From: the human T2T-CHM13v2.0 reference genome, Homo sapiens
NCBI RefSeq assembly: GCF_009914755.1
Contig: NC_060936.1
Reading direction: 5' to 3' (one strand)
Length of the DNA: 64,000 bases
Below the pieces are notes generated by a model that worked only from the letters and a program-made list of their open reading frames with translations, ran no database searches and was not told the origin of the DNA. Positions 27,081-40,510 of this stretch are shown piece after piece. Made by a program: the position numbers and the translations under genes. Numbering within the stretch: the stretch's first letter is position 1; each line of letters starts with the position of its first letter.

Positions 27081-27420
27081 CATTACCAGTGGAGGGTGTC
27101 CAGGTTCTCGGTGTTTTGAACAGAGAATTGGACAAAATGCACAAACAAAGCAAGGAAAGAATGAAGCAACAAAAGCAGAGATTTATTGAAAATGAAAGCA
27201 CACTCCACAGGGCGGGAGCAGGCCTGAGCAAACGGCTCAAGGGTCCCATTTACAGAATTTTCTGGGGTTTCAATACCCTCTAGAGGTTTTTCATTGGTTA
27301 CTTGGTGTATGCCCTATGTAAATGAAGAGAATATTTACTGTCATAGCGGAAATGTTTCTGTTTGATTTAGTTCTAGAAGTCCTTAGGTTCCCTGCATCCA
27401 GGCCCTATTCTCCTGCCTCA
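27081..27420 (-). mobile_element. MER51A-like LTR (ERV1)
   Basis: Minus strand TGAGGCAGGAGAATAGGG...CCTGGACACCCTCCACTGGTAA. Confidence 0.85.
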
Positions 27421-28180
27421 ATCATTCATGGGAAAACCTCTGGAATGGTGGTTAAAACTTCTTTAAAGTCTCTGGAAATTGTCCTAAGTGCATATGACCA
27501 ATGAAAAAAGAAAACATTTATTCAGTAAAATCTACTAAATCTCTATCAAAATTGAAAGAGTCTGTCATTTGAACCATGAGCTACTCCATCCCCATCCCAA
27601 CCCTGGCAGCCTAGTATGATGGAAGACCTACCCTACGCAGGTGGAGCCACTAACACAGGATTCCCTTTCTCTCTAGCTCCCAATGTAGGGCTACAGTCTT
27701 TCCCCAGGAAGGACACTTCAGGAGCATTTCTCATCCCTCTACTTCTGTACTGCAGAAGCTCTATTCCAGGGAAGAGCCAATAAGAGATACAGGATCCTCT
27801 TTTTCCACACAATCCCCATTTGTAAAGAGGAAGCCCTATCCCAGGCAAAATATACTGAGAATCCTGGGACCCTGATCATCCTCACCCTCAGCTTGCTAGT
27901 AGGGCAGAGGTTCCATGCCAGTATAGGCAACCCAAGATGATCAGAGGCTACTGCCCCCACCAATGCCTTATTTGTAAACAGGGTGTCATGCCCAGGGGGA
28001 AAGGCTGGCAATAAGAACAAAAAGCTTCAAAAAGCTCCCTAAGGAAATTTACTTTATATAGAATAGCGTGCGGAAACGTTCAAACCTAAGGACGCTTTTG
28101 AAAACAACAGAGATGTTGTAGCAAGCAACTAAGAAGGGGTATGAAAGCAATAAGTGAAATCATAGACCAAGCAGAATTTT

Positions 28181-28202
28181 TTTTTTTTTTTTTTTTTGAG
28201 AC
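28181..28202 (-). mobile_element. Tail-only Alu insertion (GTCTC + polyA)
   Basis: T17+gagac between 16-bp TSDs gaccaagc(a/t)gaatttt at 28165 and 28203. Confidence 0.75.
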
Positions 28203-28747
28203 GACCAAGCTGAATTTTACCAGAGAGAATCAGGGAAAGAGACAGTTAAGAAGAGCATTCACGAGGCTGGAACAAATCTCAAAGACTAGTTTCCTAGACT
28301 ACCCCTGTGAACAGGACTGGATTTAATTGTATGCAACTGGAGAGCAATCTACGCCCCAGGGCATTGTCAAAAACAATAGTGTAATCAGTTGGCAATTAGT
28401 GTTGGCTTACAGCTGAGCCTGATACCAAGCGAAGCAAATAATTTACTAAAGAAATCAAAGAAATAGAAAAAGAGAACCCTTCTAAAACCACCATTGTCAT
28501 AGAAAGATTGTGCACATGTCCAAGGCTGCACTACATGAAGCAATGTCAGTGGCTGCACACTGCAGGTAAAATAGACCTCTCAAAAATAGTCCAGATAAGT
28601 CACCAAACAAATAAACAAGCAAACAACATCAAAAACAAGCCTGAAAGAGTAGAGTTCAGTAGCCAGAGTTACTACAATGTGTTATTTAAAATGTCTAACT
28701 TTCTTTTTAACAAAAAAGTTACAAGATATGCAAAAAGGAAGAAGTGT

Positions 28748-28748
<1 letters not shown>

Positions 28749-28779
<31 letters not shown>
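28749..28779. repeat. (CA)n microsatellite
   Basis: ~15 CA units. Confidence 0.95.
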
Positions 28780-28781
<2 letters not shown>

Positions 28782-30549
28782 CGATAGAAACTGCCTTTGA
28801 AGAGGACCAGATGGTGGACTTGCAGATAAAGATTTTAAAGCAGCTACTGTAAATATATTTCAAAAACTAAAAGAAACAATACTTAAAGAAGAAAGGTATG
28901 ATGACAATGTGTCATCAATTAAGAGAATATCAATAAAAAGACAGAAATTATGTTTTCAAAGAACCAAATGAAAATTGTGCAGCAAAAATGTACATTAACT
29001 GAAATGAAATATTCACTAGAGGGACCCAATAGTAGATTTCAGATGACAGAAGAAAGAAATCTGAAAATTTGATGACAGAGCAATAGAGATTATGCAATCT
29101 AAAAAACAGAGAGAAAAGGTAATGAATAAAAATGAGCAGAAACTCATAGAAATGCAGGGACACCATTAAGCTCACCAACATACATGAAATGGGAATAACA
29201 GAAGAAGAGAGGGGAAATGATGGAGCATAAAAAATATTCAAAGAATAATGGCTGAAAAATTCCCAAATGTGATGAAAAACATTTATTTATACATCTACAA
29301 AACCCAACAAAATCTAATTAGGATAAGTGCAAGGGGATCTACACCAGGAAACACCATAGCAAAAATGTTGAATGTTAAAGACAAAGGGAAAATCTTGAAA
29401 GCAGCAAGTGAGAAATAACTCATCCCATACAAGAGAACCTCATTCAAATTAACAATTGACTTTCCATCAGAAACAATGAAGACAGAAGGTAGGAGAATGA
29501 CATACTCAAAATGCTGAAAGATCAAAAAGTAATTGTCAACCGAAGACCTTATTTCTAACAAAACTATCTTTCTAAAATGATGGCAAAATAAAGACATTCT
29601 CAAATATATAAAAATGAAGAGAATTTGTTACTAACAAACCCATCTTACTAGACATACTAAAGGAAGCTCTTTAGGTTAAAAGCAAGTAACTCCAGGCAGC
29701 AACTTGAATCCACACTAAAAAAACAAAGAGGGATAATAAACGTGATTTTGTAATTATAAAGAACAGTAAAAATATTTCTTCTCTTTTCTTCTTTTAACTA
29801 ATTTAAAAAGCAATTGTAACTGCTTTCCTTCCTAATAGTATAGATAAATTATCTTGACTCCAAGCTAATGCCTATCCCTCCACTTTTGTACTAATTCATT
29901 CCTCTCTTTCTTATGCAAGGACATACATCCCGCAATTCTTCCCTTTTTATATCCTTCATCATTATTTTTCCCCTTCCTATGAGATTATTTCATTTAGCAC
30001 CTAAATTATACAGTTATTTATGCTGGTTTATTAGCAAGAATTATGAGAGTCTGCACATATTACAGTTTATGTTTTTCAGAGTTTTTCTTACATAAAGAAG
30101 AAAAACAAACATTTGGGGGAGGAAAAATTCCAAGCCCATTAGAAGTAATTCCAATGCAATTTAAAAATTATCATCACTTGTGACATGTACTTCGTCATTT
30201 ATTTGTACAATAAATATTTATTTGCACATAGGTAGAAAATTTAGTTCTACAAAATAAATCAATATCAAATATACACAAACATCAAATTTTACCAACGGGT
30301 TAATCACACAAGAGAAGAAAACAGAATGTGCACAGCTAAAAACCAGAAAGCTTCAGAAATAAAAAAATGAAATATATTTTAAAAATAAATCATACAACAA
30401 AACAAAGGCAAGCCTCTAATTTGTTGACTTGCCTTAGCCAGGTAACTCCATCATGCTCCCTAGTACTTCCCATGTACTTGTGCTATCATACTCCAACCAC
30501 TTATAGAGCTATCACCGTGACCAGGCCCTGAACAAGTCTTTATATTAGT

Positions 30550-30930
30550 CAATTCTTCATTCAACAAGTATTTGTGAAATACCTACTATGTTCTAGTTAT
30601 TGATCATACAAGAGTGAACAAAATAATAAAAGTCTATGACCTCATGCATCATATGTTCCAGTGGAAGCAAATAAAACCAATCAACCAATAAATAAATAAA
30701 TAAGAAAGAACAACCAACCGATCCTAAGTCCCATGCAGAGACTGTGCGTGTCACAGTGACTATTCCAGATTGGAATGTCAGGATAGGTCTCTTTGAGATG
30801 ACATTTAAACTAAATCCCAAAATTCATCAAGGAGGATTTCCATGTTACAGATGAGAAAGCTTAAGCCTTAAAGAAGTTAAGTAACTTGACAATGTCACAG
30901 AGCTAGTATGTAATAGAACCAGGGTTCTTG
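30550..30930. mobile_element. L2 fragment followed by MIR fragment
   Basis: ttcattcaacaagtattt...acctactatg (L2 end); ttacagatgagaaagc...aagtaacttg (MIR core). Confidence 0.65.
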
Positions 30931-31375
30931 AGTATTACTGATAGTGTATTACTTATTTGCAACTGAAAAATTAATTTCTCCCCAAGGTGGGGAGGAGCCT
31001 AATCTTTAGTTCTTCCCAGTACATAAGAAACCAATATTTCCATTCTATCCTTCTGCCTGTTATTTATTGAGTGTACATTTCCTTTAATAAATGATCGATA
31101 AATATGACTTTAAAACATACACACACACATACATTGTACATAGTGACTCCTACAATAAAGATTGTAAAACTTCAATATGTGCATGAATTAACTGATAAAC
31201 CACTTAGACGTGCAGTTGGCAAGCCTGCAAATCACAGACTCAGAGGCGGTATGGTTGAGGAAGAGAGGATATAGTACTAACTATGCATTTTTTTTTTCTG
31301 AAACAAACACCACAGATGCTTTTGTTGCAATGGTCAACAGACCACATCTTGAAAACCTCCTACTATGGTCTATCA

Positions 31376-31560
31376 CAGTAATTCTCAAACTCCAGTATGA
31401 ATTAGAATCACCGGGAGGGCTTGTTAAAACAGATTTCTGGGTCCCACCCCAGAATTTTTGATTCAGTAGGGCCGGGATGGTACCTGAGAATTTGCATTCT
31501 AACAAGTTCTGAGAAGGTATCGATGCAGCTGGTTCAGAGACCACATTTTGAGAATCTCTA
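31376..31560. mobile_element. MER5A
   Basis: cagtaattctcaaac...ccacattttgagaatc; TSD gtctatca/gtctattc. Confidence 0.88.
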
Positions 31561-32071
31561 GTCTATTCAACAGAAAAGTCTCTCTAACATGGCAATAACC
31601 TACAATTTTATGGAATTCCTCACTATTTCCTCAAAAAAAGTCCCATAGCAAATAAAGAAAAAATGCACAATGCGCCTTCTAATTTGAAATAGAATATCTC
31701 ATAATAGCATGGTCATCATTACAGCTTGTGGATTTACTGATCTTGATGGTTGGTTGGAGCAAAATGGGGATAGGTGTCACGTAAAAAAAGTGGTTAAACC
31801 TGCAGGAAGTTCTGGTTACAGCACCTGTTAGGTGAGTAATTGATTGGTATCCTTGAAACTCTGCTTCAGCTGGTCTGTTTTCTACCTCAAGAACCATGCC
31901 AAAACAAAACAAGACAAAATAAAGCATACGGGTCTGTTTGAACACATGCCTAAAAACAGCTGAGCAATTCATCTACTATTGATTTTATTGATCTGATGCA
32001 GGGAGGTAACTTCACTCTAAAACCTTTGTTGATACAAACTACCTATAATTTGCCAAATTATTAAACCCAAT

Positions 32072-32610
32072 ATGTATCATAAGCCAAAAATAAAATCCCA
32101 AGGCCGCCAACCATCTGAATGGACCCCTCCTTTCTGCCATTCTAGTTCAGAACCTGATAGAAGAGAGGGTTGGACAAGCCTCATTACAGCTCCCCAGAAT
32201 TTACATCAACACAGACCTTAGATTTGATAAGAAGCATTTATAGTCTATTCTCTCTGAAGCCTGGTACTTGGAGCCTTCATCTACAAGATAAAACCTAGGT
32301 CTCCACAAATCCAGACATTCCTTTCTATTGATAATAACTCTTTCAACCAATTGCCAGTCAGAAAATTTTAAAATCTACCTATCACCTGGAAGCCCCCATC
32401 TTTAAGTTGTCCAGCCTTTCCAGATTGAACCAATGTAATTCTTACATGTATTGATTGATGTATTGTGTCTCCCTAAAACGTGTAAAGTAAGCTGTATCCT
32501 GACCACCCTGGGCACATGTCATCAGGACCTCCTGAGACTGTGTCATGGGTGCATCCATAACCTTGGCAAAATAAACTTTCTAAATTGACCGAGACTTGTC
32601 TCAAGTACTA
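32072..32610 (+). mobile_element. MER4-group LTR (MER4B/D-like)
   Basis: ccaaaaataaaat...ctgaatggacccctcc start; ccttggcaaaataaactttctaaattg end. Confidence 0.8.
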
Positions 32611-32635
32611 TAGCTTGTCTCAAGTTTATAGCATG

Positions 32636-32976
32636 TGATATGGCTTGGCTGTGTTCCCCACTGAAGTCTCATCTTGAATTGTAGCTCCCATAATTCCCAC
32701 CTGTGGTGGGAGGGACCCGATGGGAGATAACTGAATTATGGCGGCAGTTTTCCCCATACTGTTCTCATGGTAGTGAATAAGTCTCAGGAGATCTGATAGT
32801 TTTATAGGGGGAAACCCCCTTCATTCTCATTTTCTCTCTTATCTGCCGCCATGTAAGATGTGCCTTTTGCCTTCCCCCACCACGTGGAACTGTTGAGTCC
32901 ATTAAAGCTCTTTTTCTTTATAAATTACCCAGTCTTGGGTATGTCTTTATCAGCAGTGTGAGAACAGACTAATACG
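32636..32976 (+). mobile_element. THE1 solo LTR (THE1C-like)
   Basis: TGATATGGCTTGGCTGTG...AACAGACTAATAC termini. Confidence 0.9.
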
Positions 32977-33286
32977 GTACGTTATAGAAAAGAAAGCTAT
33001 GTATTAGAACTTAGTTTGGCATCCAGAAGTGTATCTCTCTGTAATCACTCTTTTATTCTACATTCCCTTGTCATTTGTTTCAATCTATACTGTGCCATTG
33101 TACAATACTTTGCTTTACTGTTTCTCTCTTGTTTGTACATTTCCACAAGTTAATCAAAAGCTCCTCCAAATCAGGAATCTCCTCTGTCTTGTATCTCCTT
33201 ACAGCATTACTTTATTTTTATAAGTAATACTGAGGAAAAATATTGAGGAAGAAATGTCTGAACAAAGCCAGGCTCCTAGGGGAATA

Positions 33287-33615
33287 CAGTTGTTCCAGGG
33301 TATCACCTAGGATTCATTACAGGACCCCCCGCCCCCAAACCTCCACCCTTACCAACTAGGTATTAAGGATGCTCAAGTCTCTTACATAGAATGGCCTTGT
33401 ATTTGCATATAACCTATGCACACTGCACATCCTTCCATACACTTTAAATCATCTCTAGATTCCTTAAAATACCTAACACAATGTAAATGCTGTGGAAATA
33501 GTTGTTATACTGTATTTTTTGTTTTTAATTGTATTATTTTTTTTTCCTCCGAATATTTTCCAGCCCTGGTTAGTTGAATCCACAATGCAGAACCACGGAT
33601 ACAGAGGGCCAATTG
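33287..33615. mobile_element. MER2
   Basis: CAGTTG...GAGGGCCAATTG termini with TA on both sides. Confidence 0.85.
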
Positions 33616-33622
33616 TATTAAA

Positions 33623-33650
33623 ACAACAACAACAACAACAACAACAACAA
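33623..33650. repeat. (CAA)n microsatellite
   Basis: ~9 units. Confidence 0.95.
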
Positions 33651-34439
33651 AACACTCTTGCTTTGATAAACTATTGTTACATTTATCTCCTTTGTGAAGA
33701 ATTAATGCAGATTGTAGCAATAAGCCATTATGACTTTTAGAAAATCTGTAAAGTGCACGTAAATATTATTTGATGCAAAGTTATTGTTGTTTGGACAGAG
33801 GTAACAGTTATTAAGAGAAAGAAATGAACAGAGTAAATATGTTTTAAAAATAAAAAGGCTATGGAGGAACCTGAGTCTAAAACACACCTCCAAAAAGTCG
33901 CTTTCAGTGGCCACCTTACCCCTCCTCATCTTCCCTGGAGCCTGCTCCCCCTGGTTTGGATCAACTTCTATCAGGCACATCCTTCCCGAACTGGACTTCC
34001 AGGTGTTCAACTCCCTCCCTTCTTTGTCATGTTCTCAAAGGACCTCAGTCCATTATAATGTCTTCTTTCCCCCACGCCCCATCATTGCAAGCTGTCAGTG
34101 TAATTACTCATAACATAGGCTGTTTAATACCTCTTAGATTTAGTTTTCTGAAAAGGGATCGTTGCATCTTCCACAGACTGTGGAACACAGAAAAATTCTA
34201 GCGTTCAGCGAGTCAGTGCATCCCTCTGAATAGTCACCAAGATACTGTTTTAGTTTGGATATTTAAATTATGTCAGGTATAGATCCCTAAAATTGGAGAT
34301 GAAACAGTGAACATGACTTTCTATTTTCTTGTATGGTGGTAAGAACACTTAATATGAGATTACCCTCTCAACAAATGCTGAAGTGTGCAATACAGTAAGG
34401 AGTATCAGATGTGGGACAGTCAAAAGAGGATCTAAAACG

Positions 34440-35560
34440 CAGGAGACGGAGGTTAAGCAGCGGTTTCCCGGGACTGGGTTGTGCTCCCGAACGTTCGCAG
34501 GTTCCAGGACCGACCGCTCACCCCGGCGGCAGCCGACCGGGTCCCCACTCAACGCCGAGCTACCCCGGCTCAGCCCCCAGGCCGCGAACTGGGGGTCCAA
34601 GTGGGAGCGGACCTTGCGCCACCTGCCCCGCTCGCGGGAAAGGCAGTAGGAGGGAGGCGACTAGGTCTCTAGCGACAGAATCCGCACCTGCCCCACGTGC
34701 CCTGGCTGCAAGTCGCGACGCCTGCAAACAGAGGGCCCAGGGCGCCGGGACTGGGGAGGGGCGGGCCTGGGCGGCCCAGCCGGTCCCGGAGAGGCCGCCA
34801 CAGAAGCCGGCCCCGAGCCCTGGGGCACATTCTGGGGAGGGGGGTGGGGTTCCGCGGCCCTTATCACTACAGCCCAGGAGAGAACCCGGTTTTGAGCGTG
34901 GTTTCCCCGCCTGCCCCCATTTGCACGCCGCGACTCTCTTTTTTAAAACAAGAGTGGAAGAGAAAGGCGCCAACTTATGTCCCTCTTGCTCTTCGGGGCT
35001 TCATGAAGGGACCTCCTACCCACACCCACGCCCAAACCCGCCACAAACTCCAGAGCGGGACAGAGTCCGCGACCTTCAGACGACCCCGGCGCGAAAGCGC
35101 GCGCCCACTCGGAGTGCCCCGAGCCAGCGCCGGCGAAGCAGGTGGATTCGACCGCCCCCAATTCGTCCCGCTTCAGCACCCGAGTCACTCCCGTTCCCGC
35201 CTCCTGGTGCTGGAGGACCTCACCCAGCACCGAGGGGCACGGACAAAACGGAGCGGGAAGTGCCCAGTTCTTGACGTCGGATCCGTGTTCGCGGCCGGCT
35301 CAGGGTCTGGCGCTGAGGACGCGTGTGCGGGGTGGTCCGCCGCCCCGGAAGGTCGCGAACTCGCCGCCTCCAGCGCCGGCGCCTTAACCCCGCCGGTCCC
35401 GGCGCCAAAGTCCCGACAGTGGCGGACGCCGGCACCAGGGGGCGATGGAGAGCAGGCGACACCGAGGGTGTCCATCCGGTCCACCCAACCTGGTGCAAGG
35501 CTCTGGGAAGCGCGCTGACAGGATTTCAAGGCCAGAGTTAAAAAGGCGCGTTCCGTGGTA
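34440..35560. promoter_or_regulatory. CpG island, likely promoter of an unidentified transcript
   Basis: Abrupt GC- and CpG-rich non-repeat block; E2F sites at 34634, 35089, 35402; GC box at 34758; ETS-like at 35254 and 35345; TGACGTCG at 35272; TCGCGA at 34713 and 35353. Confidence 0.9.
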
Positions 35561-35739
35561 ACATTTTAATCCACTCACTGCCAGCTGCTGCCACTTCTCT
35601 TGCTACTGCACACGGAAAGCCCTCTTCCACCTCTCTCCATTTCCCCAATTCTATAATACCTCCGTTTAGTTTCATGTTTGTTTTGCTTTTGCATATTAAA
35701 AGATTTATAATAATAGTTCTGACGCACAAGGCTTAAGAG

Positions 35740-35945
35740 ACAAGCTATATAGACTGCAATCCGATTTTATAGGCTTGAATCCACCGTCGGTTGGTTATGA
35801 GATGCTTAGAAAATTATTTCCATTCTCTGTTCCTCATTTTCCTCACATGTACAACATGGATAATAACAGTACTGATCTCATAAGGTTATTTGGAAGATAT
35901 GGGCATATAGCACAAATTGCCTGATGCCGAGTAAGCACTCAGAGC
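35740..35945 (+). mobile_element. MIR
   Basis: ttctctgttcctcattttcctcacatgtacaacatggataataacagtac. Confidence 0.75.
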
Positions 35946-36008
35946 TCTCCTCCTCACAGAACTGTAATGTATTACAACTGAAAGAGCTTTAAAAACACGA
36001 TTTTCTGA

Positions 36009-36560
<552 letters not shown>

Positions 36561-38630
36561 TAGAATATTTACTATCAAATGTATATGCCTTTATAAAATG
36601 TAGAATTTACCTTTTATAAGGAGGTAACTTGTAATTCAAATTCTATGCAAATCCATCAGAATCTCAGCCTTATTACAAACACTGCTAGCTACATTTGCAA
36701 TGTACTCTAACCATTTTCATATTCTTTCCTTTCAACAAGCAATTACAAGTTAAACATGATAGTTAACATTTTCAATGACTGTAAGTAATAATTTTGGGAA
36801 AAATACTGAATACCGAATTATACTAGTTGAGGTATAAGATGTTAGTGACAATGTTAATTATTGTTTCCAATATTACTTATAAAATATACATTTTATACTT
36901 TTGAGGAATCAATTCAATATTCAGTGAATGTCTCCCTAAGCCTCATATTCACATTCTTTTTTTAATTTTAATTTTTAATTTTTGTGGGCATATATTAGGA
37001 GTATATATTTAAGATTTACGAGGTATATGGGATATTTTGATACCAGCATACAATGTGTAATACTTACATCAGGGTAAATGGTGTATCCATCCCCTCAAGC
37101 ATTTATCCTTTGTGTTACAAACAGTTCAATTATACTCTTTTAGTTATTTTTAAATGTACAATTAAATTATTGTTGACTATGGTAACCCTGTTGTGCTATC
37201 AAATACGAGTTCTTATTCTTTCTTTTTAACTACTTTTTGTACCCATTAACCATACCCACTCCCCCCCAATCCCCCGACTGCCAGCCCCAGCCTCTGGGCC
37301 TTCTCTCTGTCTCCATGAGTTCGATTGTTTTAATTTTAAGCTCCCACAAATAAACAAGAACATGCAAAGTTTGTCTTTCTATGCCTGGCTTATTTCACAT
37401 AACATGACCTCCAGTTCCATACATGTTGATGCAAATGACAGGATCTCATTCTTTTTAATGGCTGAATAGTACTCCATTGTGTATATGTACCACATTTTCT
37501 TTATCCATTCATCTGGTGATGGACACTTAGGTTACTTCCAAATCTTGGCTATTATGAATACAGCTGCAATAAATATGGGAGTATAGATATCTCTTTGATA
37601 TCCTGATTTCCTTTGTTTTGGGTATATACACAGCAGTGGGACTGCTGGGTCATGTGGTAGCTCTATTTTTAGGTTTTGAGGAACCTCCAAACTGTTCTCC
37701 CTAGTGGTTGTACCAGTTTACATTCCCGTCAACAGTGTATGAGCATTCCTTTTCTCCACATCCTCTCCAGCATTTGTTATTGCATTTCTTTTGGATAAAA
37801 GCCATTTTAACTGGGGTGAAGTAGTTTTGATTTGCGTTTCTCTAATGATCAATGATGTTGAGCACCTTTTCACATGCCTGTTTGCTATTGGTATGTCTTC
37901 TTTTGAGTAAAGTCTATTCAGCTATTTTGCTAATTTTTAAATTGGATTATTAGATTTCTTTCCTATAGAGTTGTTTGAACTCCTTATATATTCCTATATT
38001 AATCCCTTATCAGATAGGTAGTTTGCAAATATTTTCTCCCAATCTGGGGGTTGTCTCTTTCCTTTGTTGATTGTTTTCTTTGCTGTGCAGAAACTTTAAG
38101 CTTGATTTGTTCGTTTTCACTTCAGTTGTCTGGGTTTTTGGGCTATTACTCAAGAAATCTTTGCCTAGTCCAATGTCCTGAAGAATTTCTCCAATGTTTT
38201 CTTTTAATAATTTCATATGTTGAGGACTTAGATTTAAGTCTTTAATCCATTTTGATTTGATTTTTATATATGACAAGAGATAGGAGTCTATTTTCATTCT
38301 TCTGCATATGGATATCCAGTTTTCCCAGTATTATTGATTGAAGAAACTGTCATTTTCCCAATGTATGTTCCTGGCACATTGGTCAAAATGAGTTCACTGT
38401 AGCTATATAGATTTGTTTCCAGATTCTCTATTCTATTCCATCGGTCTACATGTCTGTTTTTATGCCAGTACCATGGTGTTTTGGTTACTATATCTCTGCG
38501 GTATAATTCAAAGTCAGGTAATGAATAATAATTCCTCCCATTTTGTTCTTTTTGCTCAGGATATCTTTAGCTATTCTGTGTCTTTTGCAGTTCCATGTAA
38601 ATTTGGGGATTTTTTTTTCTATTTCTGTAA

Positions 38631-38966
<336 letters not shown>

Positions 38967-39404
38967 TGATAGGGATTGTACTACATCTCTAGGTTGCTTT
39001 CCATGTTATGGACGTTTTAACAATATTGATTCTTCCAATCTATGAACATGGAATATCTTTCCATCTTTTTGTGTTCTCTTCAGTTTCTTTCATGAGTGTT
39101 TTGTACTTTTTAACTGCAGAGATCTTTCACTATTTTGGTTAATTGCTAGGTATTTTACTTTATGAGTAGCTATTGTAAGTGGGATTATGTTCCCGATTTC
39201 TTTTTCAATTTTTTTTTTTTTTTTTTGCTGTTGGCATATAGAAATGCTACTGATTTTTGCATGTTGATTTTGAATTCTGCAACTTTACTGATTTTATCAG
39301 TTCAAGTAGTTTTTAGGTGGAGTCTTCTGGTTTTTCCAAATATAAAATTACATCATCTGAAAACAAGGATAATATGACTTTTTCCTTTCCAATTTGAATG
39401 ACTT

Positions 39405-39522
39405 TATTTTTATTTATTTATTTATTTATTTTTTGACAGAGTCTCACTCTGTCACCAGACTGGAGTATAGTGGCAGCCTCCCAAAGTGCTGGGGTTATAG
39501 GCATGAGCCACTGCACCCAGCC
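39405..39522 (-). mobile_element. Internally deleted Alu (both ends kept)
   Basis: (TTTA)n tail; right-arm end fused at gtggc|agcctccc to the left-arm start. Confidence 0.85.
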
Positions 39523-40201
39523 AGATGCCCTTTATTTCTTTCTCTTGTCTGAGTGTTCCAGCTAGGACTTCCAATGTTATGTTGAATGTTGTGAAAGTGA
39601 GCATCTTTGCCATGTTTCAGGTCTTAGAAGAAAGGCTTTCAGTTTTTCCTCATTTAGTATGGTACTAACTGTGGGTCTGTCATATATGGCTTTTATGATG
39701 TTGAGGTATATTTCTTCTTTCCCCAGATTTTGAGGGTTTTTATCATGAAGGGATGTTGAATTTTATCAGATGCCTTTTCAGCATCATTTGAGATGACCAT
39801 ATGGATTTGTCCTTCATTCTGTTGATAAGAAGTATCACACTGATTGCCTTCCATATGTTGAACCATCCTTGCATTCCTGGGATAGATCCCACTTGGTCAT
39901 GATGAATAATCTATTTAATGTATTGATTAATTTAGTTTGCTTAGTATTCTGTTGAGGATTTTTGCATTAATGTTCACCAGGGATATTATCCTATAGTTTT
40001 CTTTCTCTGATGTGTCTTTATCTGCCATTGGCATCAAGGGAATACTGGTGTTATAGAATGAGTTTGGAAGTATTCCCTTCTCCTCTATTTTTTGGGAATA
40101 GTTTGAGTAGGATTGGTATTAGTTCTTCTTTAAATGTTCAGTGGAATTCAACAGTGAGGCCATCAGGTCCCAGGCTTTTGTTTGCTAGCACACTTTTTGT
40201 A

Positions 40202-40510
40202 GTTGTTGTTGTTGTTGTTGTTGTTTTTGAGACAGAGTCTCACTCTGTCGCCCAGGCTGGAGTGCAATGGCACCATCTCAGCTCACTATAGCCTCTACCT
40301 CTGGGTTCAAGCAATTCTCCTGTCTTAGCATCCCAAGTAGCTGGTATTGTAGGCGTCCGCCACCATGCCTGGCTAATTTTTTGTACTTTTAGTAGAGACG
40401 GGGTTTCACCATGTTGGCCAGGCTGGCCTCAAACACTTGACCTCAGGTGCTCTACCTGCTCAGCCTCCCAAAGTGCTGGGATTACAGATGTGAGCCACTG
40501 TGCCCTGCTG
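40202..40510 (-). mobile_element. AluS with (GTT)n tail inside L1
   Basis: Alu dimer. Confidence 0.92.

Larger units (their letters stand above)
27500..29830 (+). mobile_element. Old L1M 5'UTR plus ORF1 remnant
   Basis: A-rich ORF1-like segments (gaaaatcttgaaagcagcaag; aattgactttccatcagaaacaatg). Confidence 0.8.

Noticed and set aside
33492-33740. Poly-Q ORF
   Set aside because: A (CAA)n microsatellite abutting MER2; no coding context
34349-35578. Long overlapping ORFs (287, 273, 137 aa and others) in the CpG island
   Set aside because: Pro/Arg/Ala/Gly-rich, open on both strands, mostly non-ATG starts and no domain; expected from stop-codon scarcity at high GC
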